From Macrostomum lignano (taxonomy: Eukaryota): a stretch of DNA of 64,000 nt. Made by a program: the position numbers and the translations under genes. The notes beneath the pieces are model-generated. The model was not told the DNA's origin. It saw nothing but the letters and a program-made list of their open reading frames with translations, and searched no databases. The number at the start of each line of letters is the position of its first letter. Position 1 is the stretch's first letter. The stretch covers positions 1 through 64,000 of the forward strand of contig NIVC01001984.1 in the NCBI GenBank assembly GCA_002269645.1, in the 5' to 3' direction. This document shows positions 16,211 to 28,425 of this stretch, one piece after another.

Positions 16211-19200
16211 ATGTCCGCTGACAACCAGCAGGGGCGACCGTTGCCCAGGCATCACGCCAAGCAGGGACCCTGCCTTAACCGGCCTCCTTATAGGGATGGC
16301 AGGCGTAAGACTGCCGTTAAGGTGAGGATGGGACAATTATACCTATATTTGAGCTTAAAGAGACTCTGATTGGTCAGGAGATTCTCTGATTGGTCAGGAG
16401 ATTCTCCGATAGGTCATGCGATTCTCTGATTGGTCAGGAGATTCTCTGATTGGTCAGGAGATTCGCTCATTGGTCAGGAGATTCGCTCATTGGTCAGGAG
16501 ATTCGCTGATTGGTCAGGTGATTCTCTGATTAGTCAGGCGATTCTCTGATTGGTCAGGCGATTCTCTGATTAGTCAGGCGATTCTCTGATTGGTCAGGCG
16601 ATTCTCTGATTGTTCAGGCGATTCTCTGATTGTTCAGGCGATTCTCTGATTGTTCAGGCGATTCTCCGATAGTCAGGCGATTCGCTGATTGGTCAGGCGA
16701 TTCTCTGATTAGTCAGGCGATTCTCTGATTGGTCAGGCGATTCTCTGATTGGTCATGAGATTCTTTGATTGGCCGGAAGTGAAAGTGGGTAAAGAAAGTG
16801 GGGGGTTAAAGGTTGGCAATAGGGAATTTGAATTTTGGGAATGAGGATTTAAAAATCCCCCTAACCCCCTACAAGGCCTACTGCATCTCAGACGAGTCTC
16901 AGTACCTGCAAATCTACGGTGTGCCGGCCATCGGTCTGACAGATCACGTGACCCGCTCGGCCAGTCGCTTTGGCCCAGTGGAATCGGTGACCCGTTTGGA
17001 CAGTTCCGCGTCTGTTGCAACGTCTGCACCATCAACTAGTCAAAATAGCCAACTTGTTGAAGCCTTCACCGATACATTTCTGATTAAATTTGTCAGGATT
17101 AATAGTGCAAGGTTAGTGGCTCTTTATTTTATTGTTTATTAATTAAATTTTATTTAATATCATCAATATAAGCTGCATGTACTCCAGACTCTACCGGAAG
17201 CCGACACGAGTACCTAGAAAATAATAGTACCCTTTTTAAAAATGATTGTTTGCAGATTATCAAATGGCGTAGATTAACAAATATCTAACCCATTTTCTCC
17301 ACTGTTTCTTGTGTTTCATTTTTGAATAGAGGGCTAGTTATCAAAAATAACTTTTGAGGCAGTTTCTAAACAGTCCTTATTTAACTATTTAAATAAGATA
17401 TAGAATATAGAATAGATAGATCTATAGATATCTCTGATCAATCTATAGATATCTCTGATCAATATGTAGATATTCCTGATCAATCTATAGATATCTCTGA
17501 TCAATATGTAGATATTCCCGATCGATCTATAGATATCTCTGATCAATATGTAGATATTCCTGATCAATCTATAGATATCTCTGATCAATCTATAGATATC
17601 TCTGATCAATCTATAGATATCTCTGATCAGTCTGTAGATATTCCTGATCTATCTATAGATATCTCTGATCAATCTATAGATATCTCTGATCAATCTATAG
17701 ATATCTCTGATCAATATGTAGATATTCCTGATCAATCTATAGATATCTCTGATCAATCTATAGATATCTCTGATCAATCTATAGATATCTCTGATCAGTC
17801 TGTAGATATTCCTGATCTATCTATAGATATCTCTGATCAATCTATAGATATCTCTGATCAATCTATAGATATCTCTGATCAGTCTGTAGATATTCCTGAT
17901 CTATCTATAGATATCTCTGATCAATATGTAGATATTCCTGATCAATCTATAGATATCTCTGATCAATATATAGATATTCCTGATCAATCTATAGATATCT
18001 CTGATCAATATGTAGATATTCCTGATCAATCTATAGATATCTCTGATCAATATGTAGATATTCCTGATCAATCTATAGATATCTCTGATCAATATGTAGA
18101 TATTCCTGATCAATCTATAGATATCTCTGATCAATATGTAGATATTCCTGATCAATCTATAGATATCTCTGATCAATATGTAGATATTCCTGATCAATCT
18201 ATAGATATCTCTGATCAATATGTAGATATTCCTGATCAATCTATAGATATCTCTGATCAATATGTAGATATTCCTGATCTATCTATAGATATCTCTGATC
18301 AATATGTAGATATTCCTGATCAATCTATAGATATCTCTGATCAATATGTAGATATTCCTGATCAATCTATAGATATCTCTGATCAATATGTAGATATTCC
18401 CGATCGATCTATAGATATCTCTGATCAATATGTAGATATTCCTGATCAATCTATAGATATCTCTGATCAATATGTAGGTATTCCTGATCAATCTATAGAT
18501 ATCTCTGATCAATATGTAGATATTCCTGATCAATCTATAGATGTCTCTGATCAGTCTGTAGATATTCCTGATCAATCTATAGATATCTCTGATCAATATG
18601 TAGATATTCCTGATCAATCTATAGATATCTCTGATCAATATGTAGATATTCCTGATCGATCTATAGATGTCTCTGATTAGTCTGTAGATATTCCTGATCA
18701 ATCTATAGATATCTCTGATCAATATGTAGATATTCCTGATCAATCTATAGATATCTCTGATCAATATGTAGATATTCCTGATCAATCTATAGATATCTCT
18801 GATCAATATGTAGATATTCCTGATCAATCTATAGATATCTCTGATCAATATGTAGATATTCCTGATCAATCTATAGATATCTCTGATCAATATGTAGATA
18901 TTCCTGATCAATCTATAGATATCTCTGATCAATATGTAGATATTCCCGATCGATCTATAGATATCTCTGATCAATATGTAGATATTCCTGATCAATCTAT
19001 AGATATCTCTGATCAATATGTAGGTATTCCTGATCAATCTATAGATATCTCTGATCAATATGTAGATATTCCTGATCAATCTATAGATGTCTCTGATCAA
19101 TATGTAGATATTCCTGATCAATCTATAGATATCTCTGATCAATATGTAGATATTCCTGATCAATCTATAGATGTCTCTGATCAATATGTAGATATTCCTG

Positions 19201-21269
19201 ATCAATCTATAGATATCTCTGATCAATATGTAGATATTCCTGATCAATCTATAGATATCTCTGATCAATATGTAGATATTCATGATCGATCTATAAATAT
19301 CTCTGATCAATATGTAGATATTCATGATCGATCTATAGATGTCTCTGATTAGTCTGTAGATATTCATGGTCGATTTCAGATATCTGATCAGTCTGTAGAT
19401 ATTCCTGGTCGATCTTTAGATATCCTCATCAGTATGTCGATGTTCCTGATGGATTTATATATATCCATGGCCAATCTCTAGATATCATGGCCAATCTCTA
19501 TATATCTATGGTTAATATCTAGATATCTATGGTTAATCTCTGAATATCTATAATTCATTTCTGGATATATCTGTTCAATCTCTAGATATTCCTGATCAAT
19601 CCTCATCCATATCTCTAGCCACTCCAAGAATCAGTGGGATCAGTACTCAGCTCGCTGATCCATTTTGTATCCTTGCTTTTGAGAAAGACACAATTGAAAG
19701 CTGTCAATTATTTTCCTTAAACTAATCGATAAACAATCGGAAATCAGACACGCCAAGAGGCGCATGGACGATTTGAACTTTTTCGGCGGTGTATTACATG
19801 CCGTGTACGCTCCCGAGTTCGAATCCGCGGAGGAGTGCCGACTTAAATTGAAGCACCGCTGTCGGCAGGTGAGGTCTGGACTGGCTATGAGTAAGTACCG
19901 CGTGATTAATACTCATTTTCTTGTGTAATTTAAAAAAAATTGATTCTTTGTATCCGATATGTAGTGTAATTAACTTTACAGAGCGGAAATTTTCGTGTTT
20001 CTTTTTTTGGGTTGTATTTTTCCTTTAGACAGCGATTGGGTACGTAAAAGATACTTGGCGCTTGTTTTAAGTGGCGACGCGAAGTTAAAGAGAGGGGTGT
20101 CCGCGAGATTGGAATGTCAGGCCAGAAAAATATCACGAAGAATGATTTCAAAGGGATTAGGATGTCAAAGAGATGGGCATGTCAGAGACATGGGATGTCA
20201 GAGAGATGGAGATGTCAGAGAACTGGGCATGTCAGAGACATGGAGATGTCAGAGAGATGGAAATTTCAGTGATGGGAATGTCAAATAGATGGGCATGTCA
20301 AAGAGATGAGGATGTCAGAGGGATACATGTAGGGATGTCAGAGAGATAGAGATGTCAGAGATGGGTATTGCAGAGAAGATGGGGATGTTAGAGAGATTGG
20401 GATGTCAGAGAGGTAGAGATGTCAGAGAGATGGGGATGTCAGAGAGGTAGAGATGTCAGAGAAGATGGGGATGTCAGATAGCTGGGGACGTCAGAGAGAT
20501 GGGGAGTCAGAGAGCTGGGGATGTCAAAGAAATGGGGATGTCAGAGAGATGGGGATGTCAGAGAGCTGGGGACGTCAAAGAGATGGGTATGTCAGAAAGC
20601 TGGGGATGTCAAAGAAATGGGGATGTCAGAGAGGTAGAGATGTCAGATTAGACAAGGATTCCATAAAAATCATCTGAGATAGTTATGTGAAGGAAATAAC
20701 GCCATAAGAGGCATCAAACAAAAATGCATGCAGCCATCATCTACCTTCGATTAAATGCAGAAGTGACAGCCATGGCCACAGCGGATGGTTCTGTTGATCA
20801 GGAGAGCAACATTGAAGATGCTGCTGCACCGCCGCCTCCTCCGCCGCCCCCGCCGCCGCCACCGCCACCACAGCATCAGCCACCGTCCAGTGCTTCAACA
20901 CCAGCACCATCAGCTTTGCCAGCTCACCCAGCAGTTCTACAAGCCAAACTGGCAATGTCAACTCAATTATACTCTTCAATATCAGGCTCTTCTGCTGCTG
21001 CTCCTAGACCTGCTTGTGGCAGCAATAATAAACGGTCGGCAAGTACTTTGGATTCTGAGGAGAGAAAATCTTCAAGTTCCACTGTTGGTCCTTCCCGGTT
21101 GCCGCCTGCGAAATATTTTCGGCAAGCTCCGGGTGCTCAGAGATCGAGCTCAACTGTATCCACCGTTGGCAGTTCAAATCAGTCGAAAACTTCTTTAAAG
21201 TTCGATTCTGGTCAACTGTTGACAATGAGGCCCAGGCAGGTTGTGCTGCGCAAGTTGAATTCCAAATAG
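16211..21269 (+). CDS. RBM48: RNA-binding protein 48 (atypical RRM; minor-spliceosome factor), about 332 aa, 4 exons
   Basis: Exons 16211-16321, 16876-17111, 19748-19890, 20761-21269. Joined sequence YRDGRRKTAVK|AYCISDESQYLQIYGVPAIG..FTDTFLIKF..SAR|HAKRRMDDLNFFGGVLHAVYAPEFES matches the RBM48 signature as I recall it. Low-complexity Pro/Ser C-terminus. Confidence 0.9.
16362..16772 (+). repeat. 20-bp minisatellite built on an inverted CCAAT box, RBM48 intron 1
   Basis: Unit attctctgattggtcagg(a/c)g, about 20 copies. Confidence 0.92.
17395..19420 (+). repeat. 42-bp (2x21) minisatellite in RBM48 intron 2
   Basis: Unit tctatagatatctctgatcaatatgtagatattcctgatcaa. Confidence 0.95.
20150..20650 (+). 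repeat. Degenerate approx. 20-bp purine-rich repeat in RBM48 intron 3
   Basis: gggatgtcagagagat motif. Confidence 0.85.
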
Positions 21270-21309
21270 TCAGCAAATTCAGTCAGTAGTTTTTATACTG
21301 GGGTGTTTA

Positions 21310-21570
21310 GGAGATACCCGAAGTGTTTAGAAGTAGATACCCGAGTGTTTAGAAGTAGATACCCGAAGTGTTTAGAAGTAGATACCCGAAGTGTTTAGAA
21401 GTAGATACCCGAAGTGTTTAGAAGTAGATACCCGAAGTGTTTAGAAGTAGATACCCGAGTGTTTAGAAGTAGATACCCGAAGTGTTTAGAAGTAGATACC
21501 CGAAGTGTTTAGAAGTAGATACCCGAGTGTTTAGAAGTAGATACCCAAAGTGTTAAAGAGTAGATACTGT
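21310..21570 (+). repeat. 23-bp minisatellite downstream of the RBM48 stop
   Basis: Unit gatacccgaagtgtttagaagta. Confidence 0.92.
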
Positions 21571-21937
21571 TTCGAAATGGAAAAGAGAAGTTAAGTGAAG
21601 CCTATTCTGAACTAGTGTGCTTTACTTAATTTCCAATGCTTACTTAATCGTATTTTCACGCCTTTTTCTGCCGTATTTCATCTCTGTAATTAACTAACTT
21701 CTGGCGTGTGTCGTTTGTATCGATATTAGTAAAACGTATTATAAAGTAACATCATAAATGAAATAATACATTTTCGATTCATTTCTCTGTCTCAAAAAAG
21801 CATTTAAAGTAACAAATAAATTGTAATTTTTATGTACGTCATAATTCACCAACAAAAGTCAAATTTAGAAATCAATCGATTGTTGAAAATTTAACAACTT
21901 TTTTTAAACTTAATCTTGGTTTATTTTTGGTTACACA

Positions 21938-24845
21938 GTCTCAGGTGATCTCACTGTCTCACAGGTGATCTGATCTCACTGTCTCACAAGTGATCTCACT
22001 GTCTCACAGGTGATCTCACTGTCTCACAGGTGATCTCACTATCTCACAGATGATCCCACTGTCTCACAAGTGATCTCACTGTCTCACAGGTGATCTGATC
22101 TCACTGTCTCACAGGTGATCTCACTGTCTCACAGGTGATCTCACTATCTCACAGATGATCCCACTGTCTCACAAGTGATCTCACTGTCTCACAGGTGATC
22201 TGATCTCACTGTCTCACAGGTGATCTCACTGTCTCACAGGTGATCTCACTGTCTCACAGGTGATCTCACTATCTCACAGATGATCCCACTGTCTCACAGG
22301 TGATCTCACTGTCTCACAGGTGATCTCACTGTCGCACAGGTGATCTCACTATCTGTCTCACAGGTGATCTCACTATCTCACAGGTGATCTCACTGTCGCA
22401 CAGGTGATCTCACTATCTCACAGGTGATCTCACTGTCTCACAGGTGATCTCACTGTCTCACAGGTGATCTCACTGTCTCACAGGTGATCTCACTATCTCA
22501 CAGATGATCCCACTGTCTCACAAGTGATCTCACTGTCTCACAGGTGATCTGATCTCACTGTCTCACAGGTGATCTCACTGTCTCACAGGTGATCTCACTG
22601 TCTCACAGGTGATCTCACTATCTCACAGATGATCCCACTGTCTCACAGGTGATCTCACTGTCTCACAGGTGATCTCACTGTCTCACAGATGATCTCACTG
22701 TCGCACAGGTAATCTCACTATCTGTCTCACAGGTGATCTCACTATCTCACAGGTGATCTCACTGTCGCACAGGTAATCTCACTATCTCACAGGTGATCTC
22801 ACTGTCTCACAGGTAATCTCACTATCTTACAGGTAATCTCACTGTCTCGCAGGTGATCCCACTGACTCACAGGTGATCTCACTATCTGTCTCACAGGTGA
22901 TCTCACTATCTCACAGATGATCCCACTGTCTCACAGGTGATCTCACTGTCTCACAGGTGATCTCACTGTCTCACAGGTGATCTCACTGTCTCGCAGGTGA
23001 TCTCACTGACTCACAGGTGATCTCACTATCTGTCTCACAGGTGATCTCACTATCTCACAGGTGATCTCACTGTCTCACAGGTAATCTCACTATCTTACAG
23101 GTAATCTCACTGTCTCGCAGGTGATCCCACTGACTCACAGGTGATCTCACTGTCTCACAGGTGATCTCACTGTCTCACAGGTGATCTCACTATCTTACAG
23201 GTAATCTCACTGTCTCACAGGTGATCTCACTGTCTCACAGGTGATCTCACTATCTGTCTCACAGGTGATCTCACTGTCTCACAGGTGATCTCACTATCTC
23301 ACAGATGATCCCACTGTCTCACAAGTGATCTCACTGTCTCACAGGTGATCTGATCTCACTGTCTCACAGGTGATCTCACTGTCTCACAGGTGATCTCACT
23401 GTCTCACAGGTGATCTCACTATCTCACAGATGATCCCACTGTCTCACAGGTGATCTCACTGTCTCACAGGTGATCTCACTGTCGCACAGGTGATCTCACT
23501 ATCTGTCTCACAGGTGATCTCACTATCTCACAGGTGATCTCACTGTCGCACAGGTAATCTCACTATCTCACAGGTGATCTCACTATCTCACAGATGATCC
23601 CACTGTCTCACAGGTGATCTCACTGTCTCACAGGTGATCTCACTGTCTCACAGGTGATCTCACTGTCTCACAGGTGATCTCACTATCTCACAGGTGATCT
23701 CACTGTCTCACAGGTGATCTCACTATCTCACAGGTGATCTCACTGTCTCACAGGTGATCTCACTATTCCACAGATGATCCCACTGTCTCACAGGTGATCT
23801 CACTGTCTCACAGGTGATCTCACTGTCGCACAGGTAATCTCACTATCTGTCTCACAGGTGATCTCACTATCTCACAGGTGATCTCACTGTCGCACAGGTA
23901 ATCTCACTATCTCACAGGTGATCTCACTATCTCACAGGTGATCTCACTGTCTCACAGGTGATCTCACTGTCTCACAGGTGATCTCACTGTCTCACAGGTG
24001 ATCTCACTATCTCACAGATGATCCCACTGTCTCACAGGTGATCTCACTGTCTCACAGGTGATCTCACTATCTCACAGGTGATCTCACTGTCTCACAGGTG
24101 ATCTCACTGTCTCACAGGTGATCTCACTGTCTCACAGGTGATCTCACTGTCGCACAGGTAATCTCACTATCTGTCTCACAGGTGATCTCACTATCTCACA
24201 GGTGATCTCACTGTCGCACAGGTAATCTCACTATCTCACAGGTGATCTCACTATCTCACAGGTGATCTCACTGTCTCACAGGTGATCTCACTGTCTCACA
24301 GGTGATCTCACTGTCTCACAGGTGATCTCACTATCTCACAGATGATCCCACTGTCTCACAGGTGATCTCACTGTCGCACAGGTAATCTCACTATCTCACA
24401 GGTGATCTCACTGTCGCACAGGTAATCTCACTATCTCACAGGTGATCTCACTATCTCACAGGTGATCTCACTGTCTCACAGGTGATCTCGCTGTCTCACA
24501 GGTGATCTCACTGTCTCACAGGTGATCTCACTGTCTCACAGGTGATCTCACTGTCTCACAGGTGATCTCACTGTCTCACAGGTGATCTCACTGTCTCACA
24601 GGTGATCTCACTGTCTCACAGGTGATCTCACTGTCTCACAGGTGATCTCACTGTCTCACAGGTGATCTCACTATCTCACAGATGATCCCACTGTCTCACA
24701 GGTGATCTCACTGTCGCACAGGTAATCTCACTATCTCACAAATGAACTCACTATCTGTCTCACAGGTGATATCACTATCTCACAGGTGATCTCACTGTCG
24801 CACAGGTAATCTCACTATTTTACAGGTAATCTCACTGTCTCACAC
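21938..24845 (+). repeat. 20-bp satellite (about 2.9 kb) between the convergent RBM48 and RJL genes
   Basis: Unit tctcacaggtgatctcactg with recurring variants. Confidence 0.96.
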
Positions 24846-24973
24846 TTGATTCCAAATTCATAAGAAGTTAGCCGTTCATTATTAAAAGTGTTCAGTTATT
24901 CATGTTTATATACATGTAGCTGATATTACCGCAAAAAGTTGTAGGCAAAAGTACTAAATGTCCTTTCTTATAT

Positions 24974-26515
24974 TCACTCCATTTTCACTCCGCGAGCCGC
25001 CCATGCCGCCCGATTTCGTTGCACAATTCGTTGGAGAAGGTCGCGGAACGCCTTGTCAACGCCTTCGCCTGTGGCGGCCGAGGTCTCGTATAGATGCAGC
25101 TTGTGCTTGGCTGCTGCTTTGGCTGCGTCTGCAGGGGTCACCTGTGTGTGCGTTCAAATTTACTCTTGAGGTCTGAGATTCACTCCTAATTGGCAGGCCT
25201 AAGATTCACTCTATATTGTCAGGTCTGAGATTCACTCTTGATTGTCAGGTTGGAGATTCACTCTTAATTGTCAGGTCTGAGATTCACTCTTAATTGTCAG
25301 GTCTGAGATTCACTCTTGATTGTCAGGTCTGAGATTCACTCTTGATTGTCAGGTCGGAGATTCACTCTTAATTGTCAGGTCGGAGATTCACTCTTAATTG
25401 TCAGGTCTGAGATTCACTCTTGATTGTCAGGTCTGAGATTCACTCTTGATTGTCAGGTCTGAGATTCACTCTTAATTGTCAGGTCTGAGATTCACTTGAT
25501 TGTCAGGTCGGAGATTCACTCTTAATTGTCAGGTCTGAGATTCACTCTTGATTGTCAGGTCGGAGATTCACTCTTAATTGTCAGGTTGGAGATTCACTCT
25601 TAATTGTCAGGTCTGAGATTCACTCTTGATTGTCAGGTCTGAGATTCACTTGATTGTCAGGTCTGAGATTCACTCTTGTGAGGTATGAGGTTCACTCTTG
25701 GGAGATCTGAGATTCACTCTTGTGAGATCTGAGATTCACTCTTGTGACTTGTGAGGTCTGAGATTCACTCTTGATTGTCAGGTTTGAGATTCACTCTTGT
25801 GAGGTATGAGGTTCACTCTTGGGAGATCTGAGATTCACTCTTGTGAGATCTGAGATTCACTCTTGTGAGATCTGAGATTCACTCTTGTGAGATCTGAGAT
25901 TCACTCTTGTGAGATCTGAGATTCACTCTTGTGAGATCTGAGATTCACTCTTGTGAGATCTGAGATTCACTCATAATTGTTAGGTTTGAGATTCACTCTT
26001 GTCATGTCTGAATATTATTGATTTTGCCAGTTACGAGTATAAGAACAGCAGTGATTTATTACCTGTCTCTTATCCTTGAGATCTGCCTTATTAGCCAGAA
26101 GCACAATATCTGGCATCGAGCTCTGCTGCTGCTGCTGCTGCCCAGGACTCCCAAGGCAGCACTGAGCAATCTCTCTCATCCAAGCGTCAATATTAGCTAC
26201 AGATTTTGCTTCCGTGAGATCAATGGTCAGCAGCACTCCGTCGCAACCGGAGTAGAGCTCATTTCTCACCTCCAGGTACTCGGGATAACCGGACAGATCC
26301 CACATGTTCACCCTCAGATCGATGCCATCCACCCTGAACACCTTGAAGCCGTAGTCCGCTCCAACTGTTGGCTGGTAGCCTGCCGAAAACCGGCTGTCGC
26401 AGAAGTGCTTGATTAGGCAGGTTTTACCCGAGCCTGGAAATCCTGCGGAGACCAACTTAACCCATGCCAGACAGGTGGAAAAGTCTGGGATTGGGGTCTG
26501 TAACTGTTTGCTCAT
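24974..26515 (-). CDS. RJL/Rbj (DNAJC27-like) Rab-related small GTPase without a J domain, about 206 aa, 2 exons
   Basis: Exons 26515-26063 and 25141-24974. G1 GFPGSGKT, G2 YQPTVG, G3 WDLSGY, EVRNELY (RJL-like), G4 NKAD, G5 ETSA. Stop after ..AARGVKME, with no prenylation Cys. Confidence 0.8.
25165..26010 (+). repeat. Approx. 21-25-bp minisatellite filling the RJL intron
   Basis: Unit ctgagattcactcttgattgtcaggt, grading into ctgagattcactcttgtgagat. Confidence 0.92.
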
Positions 26516-26859
26516 TTTAGTTGCGGTTTGCTTGGAAAATATTGTCTTCTTCTTTTGCGAGTTGCTTCTCTCTCGCTCAGCCTTGTCGAGTATGATTCTG
26601 CACTGCTCCGCTTCGCTGTGAGATTTTCCAGGCTTTTATAAGCCCGTGAGAGCTTATGAAAAATGAACAGCTATATTAGCGCTGGGTCTCGGCTTTATAA
26701 TACCACACTTCTGCTTGTGCAAGCATGCCAGTCTACGAAAAGAGAGCAATTGTGTTGCATTTTCAAGCACCTGAGATACTCCGGCCATATTGTTCTGTCA
26801 GTGGCGTATTTTTTATATAGCACATTCCCCTGTGTTTAAATGTGTGCAATGTTTGAGAT

Positions 26860-27420
26860 ATGAGATGTAGGAGATTTTAAATTTCGGAGAAATGAAGTGT
26901 CGGAAATATGAAGTTTCGGAGATATGAAGTGTCGGAAATATGAAGTGTCAGAGAAATAAAGAGTCGGAGATATGAATTGTCGGTGATATGAAGTGTCGGA
27001 GATATGAAGAGTCGGAGATATGAATTGTCGGTGATATGAAGTGTCTGAGATATGAAGAGTCGGAGATATGAATTGTCCGTGGTATGAAGTGTCGGAGAAA
27101 TGAAGTGTCGGAGATATGAAATGTCGGAGATATGAAGTGTCGGAGATATGAAGTGTCGGAGAAATGAAGTGTCGGAGATATGAAATGTCGGAGATATGAA
27201 GTCTCGGAGATATGAGATGTCGAAGGTATGAAGTGTCGGAGATATGAAGTGTCAGAGATATGAAGTGTCGGAGTGCTGAAACGTCGAAGATATGAAGTCT
27301 CGGAGATATGAGATGTCGAAGGTATGAAGTGTCGGAGATATGAAGTGTCGGAGATATGAAGTGTCGGAGATATGAAGTGTCGGAGATATGAAGTGTCGAA
27401 GAAATGAAATGTTGAAAATA
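26860..27420 (+). repeat. 16-bp minisatellite upstream of RJL
   Basis: Unit gagatatgaagtgtcg. Confidence 0.9.
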
Positions 27421-27909
27421 TAAAACCTCACTCTGACAATTCATTGTGCTTATGACGCCACAAAAAGTCACGTGACAGTTTCGTACAAGCTCAACTTTTA
27501 CGATTTGTATTTGGTTTCCGAGCCAAAGTATGCACACAGAGATTTAATAGCATGCACGCATGAGAAATGTATGATGCAACGTACACATCAGAATGTCCAA
27601 AGAAGTTGAAGAACGGCTTCTTCAGAATCTGTAATTTAATACTAAAAAACGTAATACTACTAATTAGGCTACACAATAGGAAATGGGCTATGACACCTTA
27701 TTATTAATATATAGCAACTTAAAGGGTGGTCTTACTGTATAGATTTAATATAGAATTCCATAGATTGTATTGTATACTAGCGCTGAATATTACCTCAGCA
27801 AGACGTTTTCTACCTGTAAATACTAAATATTAAATTCTTACTGTTCAATAACTATTTCAGAAACAAGCTGAAATTATATTCGATGTGTTACAAAAAATAC
27901 TTTATCGTA

Positions 27910-28418
27910 ATTATGGGAAAATCAGATTGGGGATCTGGGAGAATCAGATTGAGGATCTGGGAAGATCAGATTGGGGATCCGAGGGAATTAGATTAGGGAG
28001 CTGGGGGAATCAGATTGGGGATCTGGGAGAATTAGATTGGGGATCTGAGAGAATCAGATTGGGGATCTGGGAGAATCAGATTGGGGATCTGGGAGAATCA
28101 GATTGGGGATCTGAGGGAATCAGATTGGGGAGCTGGGGAATTGGATTGGGGATCTGAGGGAATCAGATTGGGGATCTGGGAGAATTAGATTGGGGATCTG
28201 GGAGAATCAGATTGGGGATCTGAGGGAATCAGATTGGGTATCACGGAGAATCAGATTGGGGATCCGAGGGAATCAGATTGGGGATCTGAGAGAATCAGAT
28301 TGGGGATCTGGGAGAATCAGATTGGGGATCTGGGAGAATCAGATTGGGGATCTGGGAGAATCAGATTGGGGATCTGGGAGAATCAGATTGGGGAACTAGG
28401 TGAGTCAGATTGGGGATC
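27910..28418 (+). repeat. Approx. 23-bp minisatellite abutting the nAChR stop codon
   Basis: Unit ggggatctgggagaatcagatt. Confidence 0.92.
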
Positions 28419-28425
28419 AATTTAT

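Noticed and set aside
17385-19367. 362-aa 'IRDIYRL' ORF and neighbours
   Set aside because: Repeat artefact within RBM48 intron 2.
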